64,000 nucleotides of DNA from a virus, in the IMG/VR virus record IMGVR_UViG_3300021602_000003, positions 1 to 64,000 of that record; one strand, written 5' to 3'. The position numbers were made by a program, and so were the translations under genes. The stretch's first letter is position 1, and each line of letters starts with the position of its first letter. Below the pieces are notes generated by a model. It saw only the letters and a program-made list of their open reading frames with translations. It was not told the DNA's origin and made no database searches. Shown piece after piece: positions 27,030-36,674 of the stretch.

Positions 27030-27722
27030 ATGAGTATAAAAACTGATATGGCAAATAATGTTGCTAGTAATGCTGCTGGCAATCTTACATTAATTCAAGC
27101 ATTTTTGAAGATTCTTACATGGACTAAACTTTTTCAATTAACTATGTTTTTTGTAATAGTGGGATTGGCTATTGCCTTATATGAAACACGATCCATTTTC
27201 ATAGAATATACAAAGCATCAGAGGATAGGACACTATGATAGTCCTCCACAAGTAATAGGTAAAACATCTAAAGAAGAGATAGATCAGATTGTTACACATT
27301 CTGATCTAATTGTAGCTATTGTTGTATCCACTGTAGATTTTCAAAAGAATACACGACATATCATATATAAGAGTAGTGATGATAGCAATTTACGAAAAAT
27401 ATATGACGACGAAGATAAAAAACTAACGAACGATGTGCCTTTATTTAATAATGATACCATTAATAACGGAAGAATGGTAGATCTTATAAATGGTGAATTC
27501 ACATGTCATCTATATAACAATTCGATCGACGCCTTGCTTATCCCGGCCTCTATACCTTATGCTAATACTGTTTGTTCCAATGGAATACCTCCATTTTATG
27601 GTATGTTCAGTGGTGTGGTAAGTGTTATTACAAAGCGAACACCGTCCGCCACAGAAGTAGCTCAGTTAAGAGAAGTGCTAAAAAATTTAGCATCTAAAAT
27701 ATATGAACGCGACATTAAATAA
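27030..27722 (+). CDS. Single-TM protein with GAF-like soluble domain (possible T4 T-type holin)
   Basis: One TM, then ...LINGEFTC...CSNGIPPFYG.FSG; architecture match only. Confidence 0.45.
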   Translation: MSIKTDMANNVASNAAGNLTLIQAFLKILTWTKLFQLTMFFVIVGLAIALYETRSIFIEYTKHQRIGHYDSPPQVIGKTSKEEIDQIVTHSDLIVAIVVSTVDFQKNTRHIIYKSSDDSNLRKIYDDEDKKLTNDVPLFNNDTINNGRMVDLINGEFTCHLYNNSIDALLIPASIPYANTVCSNGIPPFYGMFSGVVSVITKRTPSATEVAQLREVLKNLASKIYERDIK

Positions 27723-27972
27723 ACGAATTAATTCTAGCATAGAATGGACTGCGGTCGAATCAGACATATTACATAAAAGTCGTAAACTTATTAATCGAAG
27801 AGATATTCGGCGATTTGTTAAAAATATACAACAAGAAATTACTCAATTATCTAAGGCAGAAGTTGAGGCCCGGCAAGGGAAAAAAATCAAGGCAAAAGAA
27901 ATATTAAATAAAGTTAATACAGATATAGAGATGGTGGAAGAGTATTTGTTAATTGCCGCACTATTAGGATAA
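27703..27972 (+). CDS. Hypothetical helical protein
   Basis: ORF in operon. Confidence 0.6.
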   Translation: MNATLNKRINSSIEWTAVESDILHKSRKLINRRDIRRFVKNIQQEITQLSKAEVEARQGKKIKAKEILNKVNTDIEMVEEYLLIAALLG

Positions 27973-27978
27973 TTTGAA

Positions 27979-28587
27979 ATGACAGAAATTGTACGTAAAA
28001 GAACACCAAAAAGAATGAGTTTAAGAGTGGTGATATCTATCATAGTTTCTGTTATTTTATTATTCACGTTTTTAGTATATAAACTAGTTGCATATGATAC
28101 AGAGTTCTCCACATTAAGTCCGCAGACAATTATAAAAATTGATGTTTTCCTTCACAGTCATCCCGATTATATGGGAATACAAGTAATGTCAATGGATTTA
28201 TCGAAAAATTCCAGACATGTTGTATATAGTCATTTAGAATCTAATGAATTTCAAAAAATATATATGAATTATATTTCTAATAGAATATCTCAAATATCTC
28301 CTATCTTTACAAATAATAATGAAGCCAATAATGCCCGAATGATCAGAATTATAAATCATGAATTCGTGTGTTCCCCTTTTAGCGAAAGCATGTTATTTAA
28401 GAATCTTCCGGCCTCTGCATCTTTTATAAAAACAATTTGCTCAACTAGTATTCCTCCATCATACGGTAATTTTGTAGGTAGTGTTAATTTATTTTTAACT
28501 AACGAACCTACCGAATTGGAAATAAGAGTAATACAAATGTATCTAAAAGAAATATCTGCAGATATATTTCTGGAGATGCGTCATTAA
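27979..28587 (+). CDS. Paralog of 27030 (single TM plus GAF-like domain)
   Basis: IINHEFVC...CSTSIPPSYGNFVG matches 27030. Confidence 0.5.
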   Translation: MTEIVRKRTPKRMSLRVVISIIVSVILLFTFLVYKLVAYDTEFSTLSPQTIIKIDVFLHSHPDYMGIQVMSMDLSKNSRHVVYSHLESNEFQKIYMNYISNRISQISPIFTNNNEANNARMIRIINHEFVCSPFSESMLFKNLPASASFIKTICSTSIPPSYGNFVGSVNLFLTNEPTELEIRVIQMYLKEISADIFLEMRH

Positions 28588-28667
28588 ATCAGCTAGTTTT
28601 TGATTTCGGTTGTGTTCTGTTATAGCAAGTAGTATAGTAGTACTTGTCTACACAGAAAGGACACACA

Positions 28668-29426
28668 ATGGACATTGAAGAACAACGAGCTAAGGTAAAA
28701 AAGTGGGCGTCAGTGGGTTTAATTGGGTTGATTGGCCTAATTGTTGCACCTGTAATTTTTCTAGCAATACAGGGTTTGATTGGTTTAGCGATTGCTGGTG
28801 TAGTATGTTTATCATTGGTAACATTTACTCCGTGGGTGACAATGAAGTTTGCGAATTGGAAAGTTAAAGCAATCATGTCTGAAGCTAAAGAAAATCCAAT
28901 CGAGACTATGATCAATTTACTTGCTGCTAAACAAATAGCATTTAAGGAATTTCAAGTTAATGTGACGACAGCAGTTACGGCAAGAAATAACTTTAAAAGT
29001 AAGATTGAAACATTTGCTGTAAAGTATCCTGCTCGAGCACCCGAATTTAAGAATCAACTTGTTAGAATGACTGATCTGGTTGAGCGTAAAAAGAAAGCAC
29101 TAAATGATGCTGAACATATGCTCAAAGAAGGCCAGGATAAGTTAGACGAAATGAAGGCGTATTGGGAAATGAGTCAAGCCGCACAGGCAGCAAACAAAGC
29201 CGCTGGCATGGATACGGGCGACCAGTTCGAAAAACTTAAATCAGATACGGCAGTTGATGCAGTATTCGAAAGTATGAACCGCGCATTTGCTGAACTTGAG
29301 GTAGCAGCAGCGTTAGATGTGGATGCGGATGACAAACCAGCCGCAGTTGTAGCACAATTAGGTAATAGTGAACCAGTTGTATTAGATGTTATAGTTCGCG
29401 AAACACAGAAGGTAGGTGTTAAATGA
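28668..29426 (+). CDS. Membrane-anchored coiled-coil protein (PspA-like architecture)
   Basis: Two N-terminal TMs followed by long helical heptads. Confidence 0.55.
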   Translation: MDIEEQRAKVKKWASVGLIGLIGLIVAPVIFLAIQGLIGLAIAGVVCLSLVTFTPWVTMKFANWKVKAIMSEAKENPIETMINLLAAKQIAFKEFQVNVTTAVTARNNFKSKIETFAVKYPARAPEFKNQLVRMTDLVERKKKALNDAEHMLKEGQDKLDEMKAYWEMSQAAQAANKAAGMDTGDQFEKLKSDTAVDAVFESMNRAFAELEVAAALDVDADDKPAAVVAQLGNSEPVVLDVIVRETQKVGVK

Positions 29427-29587
29427 AGACCCGAGTTTTTGGATCGTTATTGGTACTTGTTATCCTGGTAGCACTGTTTGTTTTAACGGGTGGAGATCAT
29501 CAAAGCCCTGCAGGTCCTACAGTGCAAAGTCAGCCGCAACCGCAAAGTTCGTCTGATGCAGATTTGAAAAACCTGAAAATTAACTAA
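29423..29587 (+). CDS. Small single-TM protein (54 aa)
   Basis: MKTRVFGSLLVLVILVALFVLTGG...; ATGA overlap; below the ORF-track cutoff. Confidence 0.6.
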   Translation: MKTRVFGSLLVLVILVALFVLTGGDHQSPAGPTVQSQPQPQSSSDADLKNLKIN

Positions 29588-29606
29588 CTTAAAGAAAGAC
29601 ACACAA

Positions 29607-30551
29607 ATGAAGAAATTTTCAAAGATTGCCGTAATTGGCGCCATGCTTATGGCTTCCGTTGGAGTTATGGCCCAGACGCAACTTAAGGTGGCAACAGGTG
29701 GAGCAACTGGTACATATCATCGTATGTTTACAGAGTTCCAACAGGCCTGTAAGGATCAAATTATGCAGATTGAAGTCCCATCTAGAGGTTCAGTCGATAA
29801 TATGGACAAGTTGCTCGGTAATGAAGTAAATGCAGCTATTGTGCAAACCGATGTACTGTTTTATCGTGCCCGAAATGAAGACTTGGGCGGCATTAAAACA
29901 CTGTTTGCATTGTATCCCGAAGAAGTGCATGTGATTACTTCTACCACAAGCGCCATCCTAGAAGGTGGTACATTGGGTATGGGTAAGAAGCCTGCGGTAT
30001 TTAATACACTGAATGATCTCCAAGGTCGTGCTGTTGCAGCATGGGGCGGAAGTATTATTACAGCGCAAGTTATTCGTCTGCAGAGTGAAATTAGTTTTAC
30101 GGTAGCTGAAGTATCCGATTTCAAAGCAGCTAAGGCAGCATTGGATGCAGGTCAAGTGGCAGCTATTGTAATGGTCGGTGGCCAGCCGATGGACGATGTT
30201 AAGGCGCTCAACAATACATACAAATTGCTTTCCTTCCCTGAGGCAACAATGGGTAAGTTGAAGAGCGTGTATGTTCCTGCTAAGTTGAACTATTCAGGTA
30301 TGGGTCAAGGCGGATCAGGTGTGCAATCTATTGCAACAGAATCCCTGTTTGTAACTCGTGCATATAAGACAGAAAAGTATGTACAATCGTTGGCAGCGTT
30401 ACGTGGTTGCTTTAAGGCTAATGTTGCAGAATTGCAAGAAACAACAGGTATGCACAAGAAATGGGCAGCAGTTAATCCTGACAATACAGGTAAGTGGTCA
30501 TATTACGAACTTCCAGTAACTAAGGTTGCAGTGCCAGCTAAAAAGAAGTAA
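29607..30551 (+). CDS. TAXI-family TRAP solute-binding protein
   Basis: Signal peptide; ATGGATGTY, GSVDN, AIVQTD, LYPEEVH. Confidence 0.8.
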   Translation: MKKFSKIAVIGAMLMASVGVMAQTQLKVATGGATGTYHRMFTEFQQACKDQIMQIEVPSRGSVDNMDKLLGNEVNAAIVQTDVLFYRARNEDLGGIKTLFALYPEEVHVITSTTSAILEGGTLGMGKKPAVFNTLNDLQGRAVAAWGGSIITAQVIRLQSEISFTVAEVSDFKAAKAALDAGQVAAIVMVGGQPMDDVKALNNTYKLLSFPEATMGKLKSVYVPAKLNYSGMGQGGSGVQSIATESLFVTRAYKTEKYVQSLAALRGCFKANVAELQETTGMHKKWAAVNPDNTGKWSYYELPVTKVAVPAKKK

Positions 30552-30565
30552 ACTTCTTTAACCAA

Positions 30566-30594
30566 ACAAAACCGCTTGCAATAAGCGGTTTTGT
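30566..30594 (+). terminator. Intrinsic terminator
   Basis: ACAAAACCGCTT/AAGCGGTTTTGT. Confidence 0.75.
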
Positions 30595-30609
30595 CATTTA
30601 TACTAGCAA

Positions 30610-31065
30610 ATGGGCAGATTAGTTAGACTTAGAGATTTAGGCTTGAATGCCACATGGTACTTCGAAGATGCGTATTGGACGACTTCGGCCGCCGGTAGTT
30701 ATCAATATGCATGGCCGAGTAAAAATTTTCCGCATCAACTATGTATGCACAGAGATGAATTCCAATATGCAAGTCGCAAATTAGAAATTCGCCGTTGGAT
30801 AGAAAATTTAATACCGGACACTGTTATTTTCGATAGTGTCGAGATGGATTATAAGAAGTATTACGGGAAGAGTTATGAATGGGAAAAGAAATATGATATT
30901 CATAATACTTGGTATCGATTTAGTTTTGAAAATGAGAATAGTGCTATTATGTTCAAACTTGCATTTTCAGATTGGATTAAGCCAATAACAAAATGGCACC
31001 CGGATCGACCAGAGGATGAAGAATATTTAAATAGGCCGTTAGAAGATAGATATGTAAAGGATTGA
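30610..31065 (+). CDS. Hypothetical protein
   Basis: ORF in operon. Confidence 0.6.
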   Translation: MGRLVRLRDLGLNATWYFEDAYWTTSAAGSYQYAWPSKNFPHQLCMHRDEFQYASRKLEIRRWIENLIPDTVIFDSVEMDYKKYYGKSYEWEKKYDIHNTWYRFSFENENSAIMFKLAFSDWIKPITKWHPDRPEDEEYLNRPLEDRYVKD

Positions 31066-31066
31066 T

Positions 31067-32086
31067 ATGACAGAAAGAAAAATGGCAACAATTCGTAAAA
31101 TTGTTGAGATTAAAGCAATACCCGAAGCAGATTTAATCTGTGCCTATCGGGTGGACGGTTGGTGGGTAGTTGATTCGGTCGGAAAATATGCCATTGATGA
31201 TCTAGTAGTATATGCAGAACCGGATTCTTGGATTCCCGCCGAATTAGCACCGTTTTTGTCTAAAGGCAAAGAGCCTAGGGAGTATAACGGGGTTAAGGGC
31301 GAAAAATTACGCACAATTCGGCTAAAAAAGCAGCTATCTCAGGGTTTATTAATGCCGCTCGAGCCGACTTGTGCTAACATCGAATCTATGTTATTCGAGG
31401 CTTTAGATGTTTCCTTACCGCTTAATATTCAGAAATACGAAGCACCTATCGCTGCAAATTTAGCAGGGACTGTTCGCGGAAACTTTCCGTCCAGAATTCC
31501 TAAAACTGATCAGGAAAGAATTCAAAATCTACCAAAAGAGCTTGAATTCTGGAAAGAAAAGAAATTTACATGGACTGTATCTGAAAAATGTGAAGGATCT
31601 TCGCATACTGCTTATATATTTGATGGTGAATTCGGCGTCTGTTCTCGTAACCTCGATTTAAAAGAAGACGAAAATAACGTATTGTGGAAAACTGCTATTA
31701 AATATGATCTGAAGAATAAATTAATTACGTTAAATAGAAACTTAGCAATTCAATCGGAAATTTTAGGGCCGGGAATTCAGGGAAATATTTATCAATTGAA
31801 AAATCATATGTTAGCAGTGTTTGATATATTTGATATTGATAAACAGGAATATCTATATCCGGCAGAGAAGAAATTGTTAATTGAACAACTGGGTTTAACA
31901 TCTGTTCCTATTCTTAATTCTTCTTATTCTTTAACTGATAAAACCGTCGACGAATTATTAATGTTCGCCGAAGGTAAATCAGTTATGGGGTTGATTGGGT
32001 GTGAAAGAGAAGGGCTTGTATTTAACTGCAACGAATGTCATGCAAGTTTTAAAGTGGTATCAAATAGATATTTATTGAAGCAATAA
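31067..32086 (+). CDS. RNA ligase, DRB0094 (Rnl5) family
   Basis: N-terminal RKMATIRKI OB region, PKTDQERIQN, EKCEGSS (motif I), EREGLV, FKVVSNRYLL. Confidence 0.9.
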   Translation: MTERKMATIRKIVEIKAIPEADLICAYRVDGWWVVDSVGKYAIDDLVVYAEPDSWIPAELAPFLSKGKEPREYNGVKGEKLRTIRLKKQLSQGLLMPLEPTCANIESMLFEALDVSLPLNIQKYEAPIAANLAGTVRGNFPSRIPKTDQERIQNLPKELEFWKEKKFTWTVSEKCEGSSHTAYIFDGEFGVCSRNLDLKEDENNVLWKTAIKYDLKNKLITLNRNLAIQSEILGPGIQGNIYQLKNHMLAVFDIFDIDKQEYLYPAEKKLLIEQLGLTSVPILNSSYSLTDKTVDELLMFAEGKSVMGLIGCEREGLVFNCNECHASFKVVSNRYLLKQ

Positions 32087-32242
32087 TTATTTCTTCTTGG
32101 GTCCTGTTTTTGCCCTGTGAGGTATTATTTCTTTATTTTTTAATACAGACAATACTCCACTTCCATTTATTGCAAGTTCGTTCGCTATCTGAAAAGGGCC
32201 CATACCCTTATTATGGAGATACAGAATCATATTTTCATTCAT
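32087..32242 (-). CDS. Small HTH-like protein (51 aa)
   Basis: MNENMILYLHNKGMGPFQIANEL...; minus-strand GATAAATA upstream. Confidence 0.4.
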   Translation of the reverse strand: MNENMILYLHNKGMGPFQIANELAINGSGVLSVLKNKEIIPHRAKTGPKKK

Positions 32243-32329
32243 AATATTATTTATCTAATTGGCCACGATATACACGGTAATTATGAAAATATTTATTAGA
32301 AGATAAATAGCGTATCGAAAGGATACGCT

Positions 32330-32926
32330 ATGAGATTATCAGAAATACAATTAACGGAGAGTGTTACATTTGGTGTAGCAAGATTAGAAGATCATAACGG
32401 TCAGCAAGTATACAGCGATCCATTTCAGAAAAAGACAATGGAAAAATGCTGGGTATGCCACGGCACAGGTAAAGAAAAATTTAGTGGTTATACCGATGAA
32501 GGTGGGATAGAACATCCGGCAACCGAGCATACCTGCGGATATTGCAACGGCAAAGGTGAAAACGAGGAGTGGAATACAACTGCTTCCGAATTAAACGTCT
32601 CAAATTCTAATGCAATGGAAATACAACGAATGTTAGGGCTAGATGCCGATTATTCCGGTGTTATAAAACAGAAAGATTTCCCATTAGTAAAACGAAAATT
32701 GATTCGACTAAAGAACGGCGACATATCGGCTCACACCGAATTGCCAAATACCTCCGGCGGCCAAATGAAAAAATACAAGGATGATCGGGGCGTGACCGCA
32801 ATAGGCCGAACTGCAACAATGCATGACGCTGGTCGGTCACATTCTCAAGTTGAAAGGTATATTGATACATTATTATCTCTTATTGATTTCGCTCAAAAGA
32901 GTAATTGCGATGTGGTTTGGGGATAA
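32330..32926 (+). CDS. Late protein with DnaJ-type Zn finger, putative internal head protein
   Basis: CWVCHGTG/CGYCNGKG; N-terminus MRLSEIQLTE; late promoter. Confidence 0.6.
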   Translation: MRLSEIQLTESVTFGVARLEDHNGQQVYSDPFQKKTMEKCWVCHGTGKEKFSGYTDEGGIEHPATEHTCGYCNGKGENEEWNTTASELNVSNSNAMEIQRMLGLDADYSGVIKQKDFPLVKRKLIRLKNGDISAHTELPNTSGGQMKKYKDDRGVTAIGRTATMHDAGRSHSQVERYIDTLLSLIDFAQKSNCDVVWG

Positions 32927-32928
32927 TA

Positions 32929-33696
32929 GTGAGATTACAAGAACTTTTCGAAACGACAGAAGAAGACAGGGCATTAATTTCTCTGTCTTCCACCATTTAT
33001 GCACAATTGAAGCAATACATTAATGTAGATCAAGATTACACAGATGAAGATCAAGAATTAATATCGCTAGGAAAGATAGGTGATTTATTCGATACACCGA
33101 TCAGTGTATTAAACAATGTTAGTTTAGAATTACAGGGCGGACAACCGTTCTTAAGACGAGCCGAAGCAATGTCGGGTGAAGACGAATTAAGTTTTTCCGG
33201 TAAGATTATAATGGGTATATGGGATGAGAAAACTAGCACAATAGTTCTTAATTTAGATTATTTAGATTCCGATCGAATGAGGACTAGCATAACACACGAA
33301 TTACGCCATGCCCTGGACGAATATAAATCTGGATCATTCCCGCCTAGTCCTATGAACAAGGACGCTAGTAAAATAAATCGTTATTCTACACCGAAGAAGA
33401 AAGAACACAGGAAAGAAGATCCGTACAGCAATGTTTCGTATCGTGCTCAACCTGCAGAGATAAACGCAAGATTCACAGAAGTATTAGATACATTAGCAAC
33501 CAGGATTATTCCTAGAGCAATTAAGTCATCACCTGACCAAGCTCGGTCAACGATCATGCATGATCTCAATCATCTACTTACGAAGTATGAAATAGCAGAT
33601 TTGTTTCCAGAAAAAACACAATCGAGAGATTATAAAAGACTCTTAAAACGTGCTGTAGACTTCGTAGATAAAGAGTTAGCGCATCTAAACAGTTAA
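32929..33696 (+). CDS. Zincin-like HExxH protein, putative internal head protein
   Basis: ITHELRHALD...PAEINAR; N-terminus MRLQELFE. Confidence 0.6.
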   Translation: MRLQELFETTEEDRALISLSSTIYAQLKQYINVDQDYTDEDQELISLGKIGDLFDTPISVLNNVSLELQGGQPFLRRAEAMSGEDELSFSGKIIMGIWDEKTSTIVLNLDYLDSDRMRTSITHELRHALDEYKSGSFPPSPMNKDASKINRYSTPKKKEHRKEDPYSNVSYRAQPAEINARFTEVLDTLATRIIPRAIKSSPDQARSTIMHDLNHLLTKYEIADLFPEKTQSRDYKRLLKRAVDFVDKELAHLNS

Positions 33697-33734
33697 ATAG
33701 GCGGTTTTTGGCCTATATTCGCAACGAATTCGGG

Positions 33735-33763
33735 TTGACTGCATAACTAAAACACTATATAAT
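33735..33763 (+). promoter_or_regulatory. Sigma70 promoter for the RNA array
   Basis: TTGACT-17-TATAAT. Confidence 0.75.
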
Positions 33764-33782
33764 ACAACTTGTATAATTACAA

Positions 33783-34032
33783 AGAGTGGATCCAGCAAAC
33801 CAAAATACATCGAAAGATGACTATGTCGTTGCTTAAAATATATATAATGGAGGGGAAACCTAACATATGTATTAACGAACTCGGTGGAGCTATCTCGAAT
33901 GAGTAGCGTTGAAATCGAGTAAGTGTGTAACAAACCACACGGGCAGTGGTAAACACGTCCAAAACGGCGGTAAGGCTTCGTTAGCAATATATGGTTCTTC
34001 GGAACAGCAATATTGTCCCTTACACCACTCTG
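33783..34032 (+). ncRNA. CAGCAA-stem RNA U1 (multibranch, 250 nt)
   Basis: AGAGTGG-ATCCAGCAA...CCACTCT-G; internal GAAA/TTCG hairpins. Confidence 0.65.
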
Positions 34033-34104
34033 TTTTCAATTAAGTATTGGTTTAGTTGACAAAGATAATTTGTTCAATTAAACTAGCACACTTGTAGACA
34101 TTAA

Positions 34105-34200
34105 AGATTAGTTACAGCAATTAAAAAATACTGCACTAGGTAACGAAAGTTATCGAACCTTTCCGGAGGGGAAAGCAAAAACTCGCCAAAAGCTAATCTG
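34105..34200 (+). ncRNA. CAGCAA-stem RNA U2
   Basis: AGATTAG-TTACAGCAA...CTAATCT-G; TTGACA-17-TAAACT at 34056-84. Confidence 0.7.
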
Positions 34201-34215
34201 TTTTTATAATTTTAA

Positions 34216-34320
34216 AAGATCGTTTCAGCAATAAAATCTTAAAGCCAAACCAGTGGACCGGTTCGATTCCGGGTTATTAGTGTAACGGTAGCACACAGGT
34301 AAAAAAGAAAAGCGATCTTG
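34216..34320 (+). ncRNA. CAGCAA-stem RNA U3 with permuted T-arm/D-arm
   Basis: AAGATCG-TTTCAGCAA...CCGG-TTCGATT-CCGG...TA-GTGT-AACGGTA-GCAC...CGATCTT-G. Confidence 0.75.
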
Positions 34321-34325
34321 ATTAA

Positions 34326-34362
34326 AGAATTTGAACAGCAATCACGTAAATTAACAATTCTG
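34326..34362 (+). promoter_or_regulatory. Minimal CAGCAA-stem U4 abutting the SD of the DUF2828 gene
   Basis: AGAATTT-GAACAGCAA...CAATTCT-G, then AAGGAG. Confidence 0.6.
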
Positions 34363-34376
34363 AAGGAGAAAGTAAA

Positions 34377-35816
34377 ATGACAACATTATTTGAAGCAGTA
34401 AACACAACAGCAGTAACAGCCAATGGCGCCGTTACAAACGCATCCTCGTTAAACAAGAACGTGGACTTATTTTTCTTGGCCGGCGCAAGCCGTGGCAAGG
34501 ATATTACACCTACCTTCGTTGGTGCGATGGTAGAAGATTCCGAAGTGGCAATTCGTGTCCTTGAATGGGCACGTGATGCACGTGGCGGAGCAGGTGAACG
34601 TGAAACTTTCCGTAAGTTGTTCGCTTATGTTTTGAAGACTGAACCAGCATTGGCTACTCGCCTGTTGGCAAAGGTTCCGGAACTTGGTCGTTGGGACGAC
34701 TTGTTTGTTGTATTTGGTTCTCCGTTAGAGCGTGACGCTCTGCGCTTAATTGCTGCAGGATTGAAGGATGCAGCAACACAAGGCCTTTGCGCTAAGTGGT
34801 TGCCACGTCAAGGTGCAGAAGCGAACAAGATTCGCTCGTACTTGAAGTTGACTCCAAAGGAGTATCGTAAGTTACTCGTTGGTCTGTCCAACACAGTTGA
34901 ACAGAAGATGTGTGCCCGCGAATGGGATGGAATTGTGTACCCGCATGTTCCGTCTGTTGCAGCAGGTCGCTACCAGAAGGCTTTCTTGAAGCACGACCCG
35001 AAGGGTTATGCCGACTACAAGGCTAAGTTGGTTACAGGCGAAGCTAAGATCAACGCCGCTGCGGTTTACCCGTACGACGTTATCCGTTCGTTAAACAACG
35101 GAGATGCTACTGTTGCTAACGCACAGTGGAAGGCTTTGCCAAACTACTTAGAAGGTTCGGACGAAAACATCCTACCGGTTGTTGACGTTTCGGGTTCTAT
35201 GGGTGGTGTTGCTGTATCCGGTAGCGTAACTGCTATGGACGTTGCAATTTCTTTGGGATTGTACACATCCGAACGCATGGGTGGTGTGTTTAAGGACCAG
35301 TTCGTTACTTTCTCCGGTGCACCAGAAATGCTGCACTTGAAGGGTGACTTAGGTCAGCGTTACGCTCAGATGGCTCGTTCCGACTGGGGTATGAACACTG
35401 ACTTAGGTGCAGTATTCAAGTTAATCTTGAATGCAGCAGTGAAGAGCAAGGTTGACCAGAAGGAAATGCCGACAAAGATCTTGATCTTGTCTGACATGGA
35501 ATTCGACGCTTGTGTAACAACAGGTGGTAGCGGTGTGCGCCGAAGCTACAATTCGACAGGTGGATCTGCAGTGAGCGTAAGCGCAATGGAGTTCATCGAG
35601 AAGGAATATGCGGCAGCTGGTTACAAGGTTCCGCAGGTTGTGTTCTGGAACCTGAATGGGAGAAGTGGAAACTCGCCTGTCACTTATAATAAAATTGGGA
35701 CTGCATTAGTAAGTGGATTCTCCCCTTCTATTGTGAAAAGTGTATTAGGCGGCGAAGAAATGACACCCATTTCGATAATGTTAAAGACTGTAATGATAAA
35801 GAAATATGATTTCTAA
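34377..35816 (+). CDS. DUF2828-family vWA protein (Ro60/TROVE-like RNA-binding)
   Basis: RDARGGAGER, GRWDDL, AKWLPR, MIDAS DVSGSM, ILSDMEFD, VFWNL, VSGFSP; strongly biased codons. Confidence 0.8.
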   Translation: MTTLFEAVNTTAVTANGAVTNASSLNKNVDLFFLAGASRGKDITPTFVGAMVEDSEVAIRVLEWARDARGGAGERETFRKLFAYVLKTEPALATRLLAKVPELGRWDDLFVVFGSPLERDALRLIAAGLKDAATQGLCAKWLPRQGAEANKIRSYLKLTPKEYRKLLVGLSNTVEQKMCAREWDGIVYPHVPSVAAGRYQKAFLKHDPKGYADYKAKLVTGEAKINAAAVYPYDVIRSLNNGDATVANAQWKALPNYLEGSDENILPVVDVSGSMGGVAVSGSVTAMDVAISLGLYTSERMGGVFKDQFVTFSGAPEMLHLKGDLGQRYAQMARSDWGMNTDLGAVFKLILNAAVKSKVDQKEMPTKILILSDMEFDACVTTGGSGVRRSYNSTGGSAVSVSAMEFIEKEYAAAGYKVPQVVFWNLNGRSGNSPVTYNKIGTALVSGFSPSIVKSVLGGEEMTPISIMLKTVMIKKYDF

Positions 35817-36592
35817 TCAGTAATCTTTTCTACACGCCATTGTTTCTTATGTGTCGACTTACTTCTTTCTGCTTCGTAAAGATTACCGGCACATAAGGAA
35901 TTATCCCTGGCGAATTCTAAAACAGATGATGGAAAATATTCGATATTATTAATTATATCGATTATTTTCCATTTCTTATTATTATAGCCCGGGTGGCCTT
36001 GCATTGTCAGGGATTGTTTATTGCATGATTCGGCAGATCGTATTTTCCCTAAATTTATATTACTAAGAAATTCTTTGGTCTTTTCTGTATGTGGTTTTCC
36101 TGGTTTGCCTTTATTTTGGCTGGGTCGTGATATGCCGGCCCGCCCTATTAATGCCTGAGATATTTTTTGTCTATGTTCTGTTGTTTTAGGTTTAGATACC
36201 CCTGTATGTAGATATTTCGCGGATTCTGCAGAAAATATTCTGCATATTTCAAATTGTCTTGCAGTTAATTTCCTGCATTGATTTGATGATTTTCGCATAA
36301 ATTGGGCCATGGCAGATTTCATTTTATATTGTATATCGGAATTAAAACATTTAGTCAATAGTAGATGTGCTATAAAATGCTCTCTAGCAGTTAAAATTAC
36401 AAAATTATTTTTATCTTTCTTTTGCTCGTTGGTACATATACATGCCGGTAATATATGATGTAATTCTGTATATCCATACTGGTTATGTAAAATTTTATAC
36501 TCCTTCTGTCTCTTGGTATATTGTCCCCTCTCTAAAATTTTATTATTACACAATTTTAAATACCATTTTAAATACTTATTTTGTATTGACAT
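35813..36592 (-). CDS. HNH homing endonuclease with NUMOD3-like repeats
   Basis: ELHHILP...NFVILTAREHFIAHLLL; HTEKTK / RSAES motifs. Confidence 0.85.
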   Translation of the reverse strand: MSIQNKYLKWYLKLCNNKILERGQYTKRQKEYKILHNQYGYTELHHILPACICTNEQKKDKNNFVILTAREHFIAHLLLTKCFNSDIQYKMKSAMAQFMRKSSNQCRKLTARQFEICRIFSAESAKYLHTGVSKPKTTEHRQKISQALIGRAGISRPSQNKGKPGKPHTEKTKEFLSNINLGKIRSAESCNKQSLTMQGHPGYNNKKWKIIDIINNIEYFPSSVLEFARDNSLCAGNLYEAERSKSTHKKQWRVEKITD

Positions 36593-36674
36593 ATTCGATT
36601 AAGTAATTCATTTATTTGCTCGCCCTTTTAACTTACAAATATTTATCTCTTTATTGATAATTTGTGTGGTTTAT

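Noticed and set aside
33685-33987. Minus-strand ORFs at 33685-33987, 33777-33962 and 36759-37010
   Set aside because: They are antisense to promoter-driven structured RNAs or tRNAs and have no recognisable motifs.
33783-34362. CAGCAA units as a CRISPR array or SAM-I riboswitches
   Set aside because: There is no constant 25-45 bp repeat or uniform spacer length, and no cas genes. The SAM-I AUC/GAU P1, kink-turn and GUGC elements are missing.
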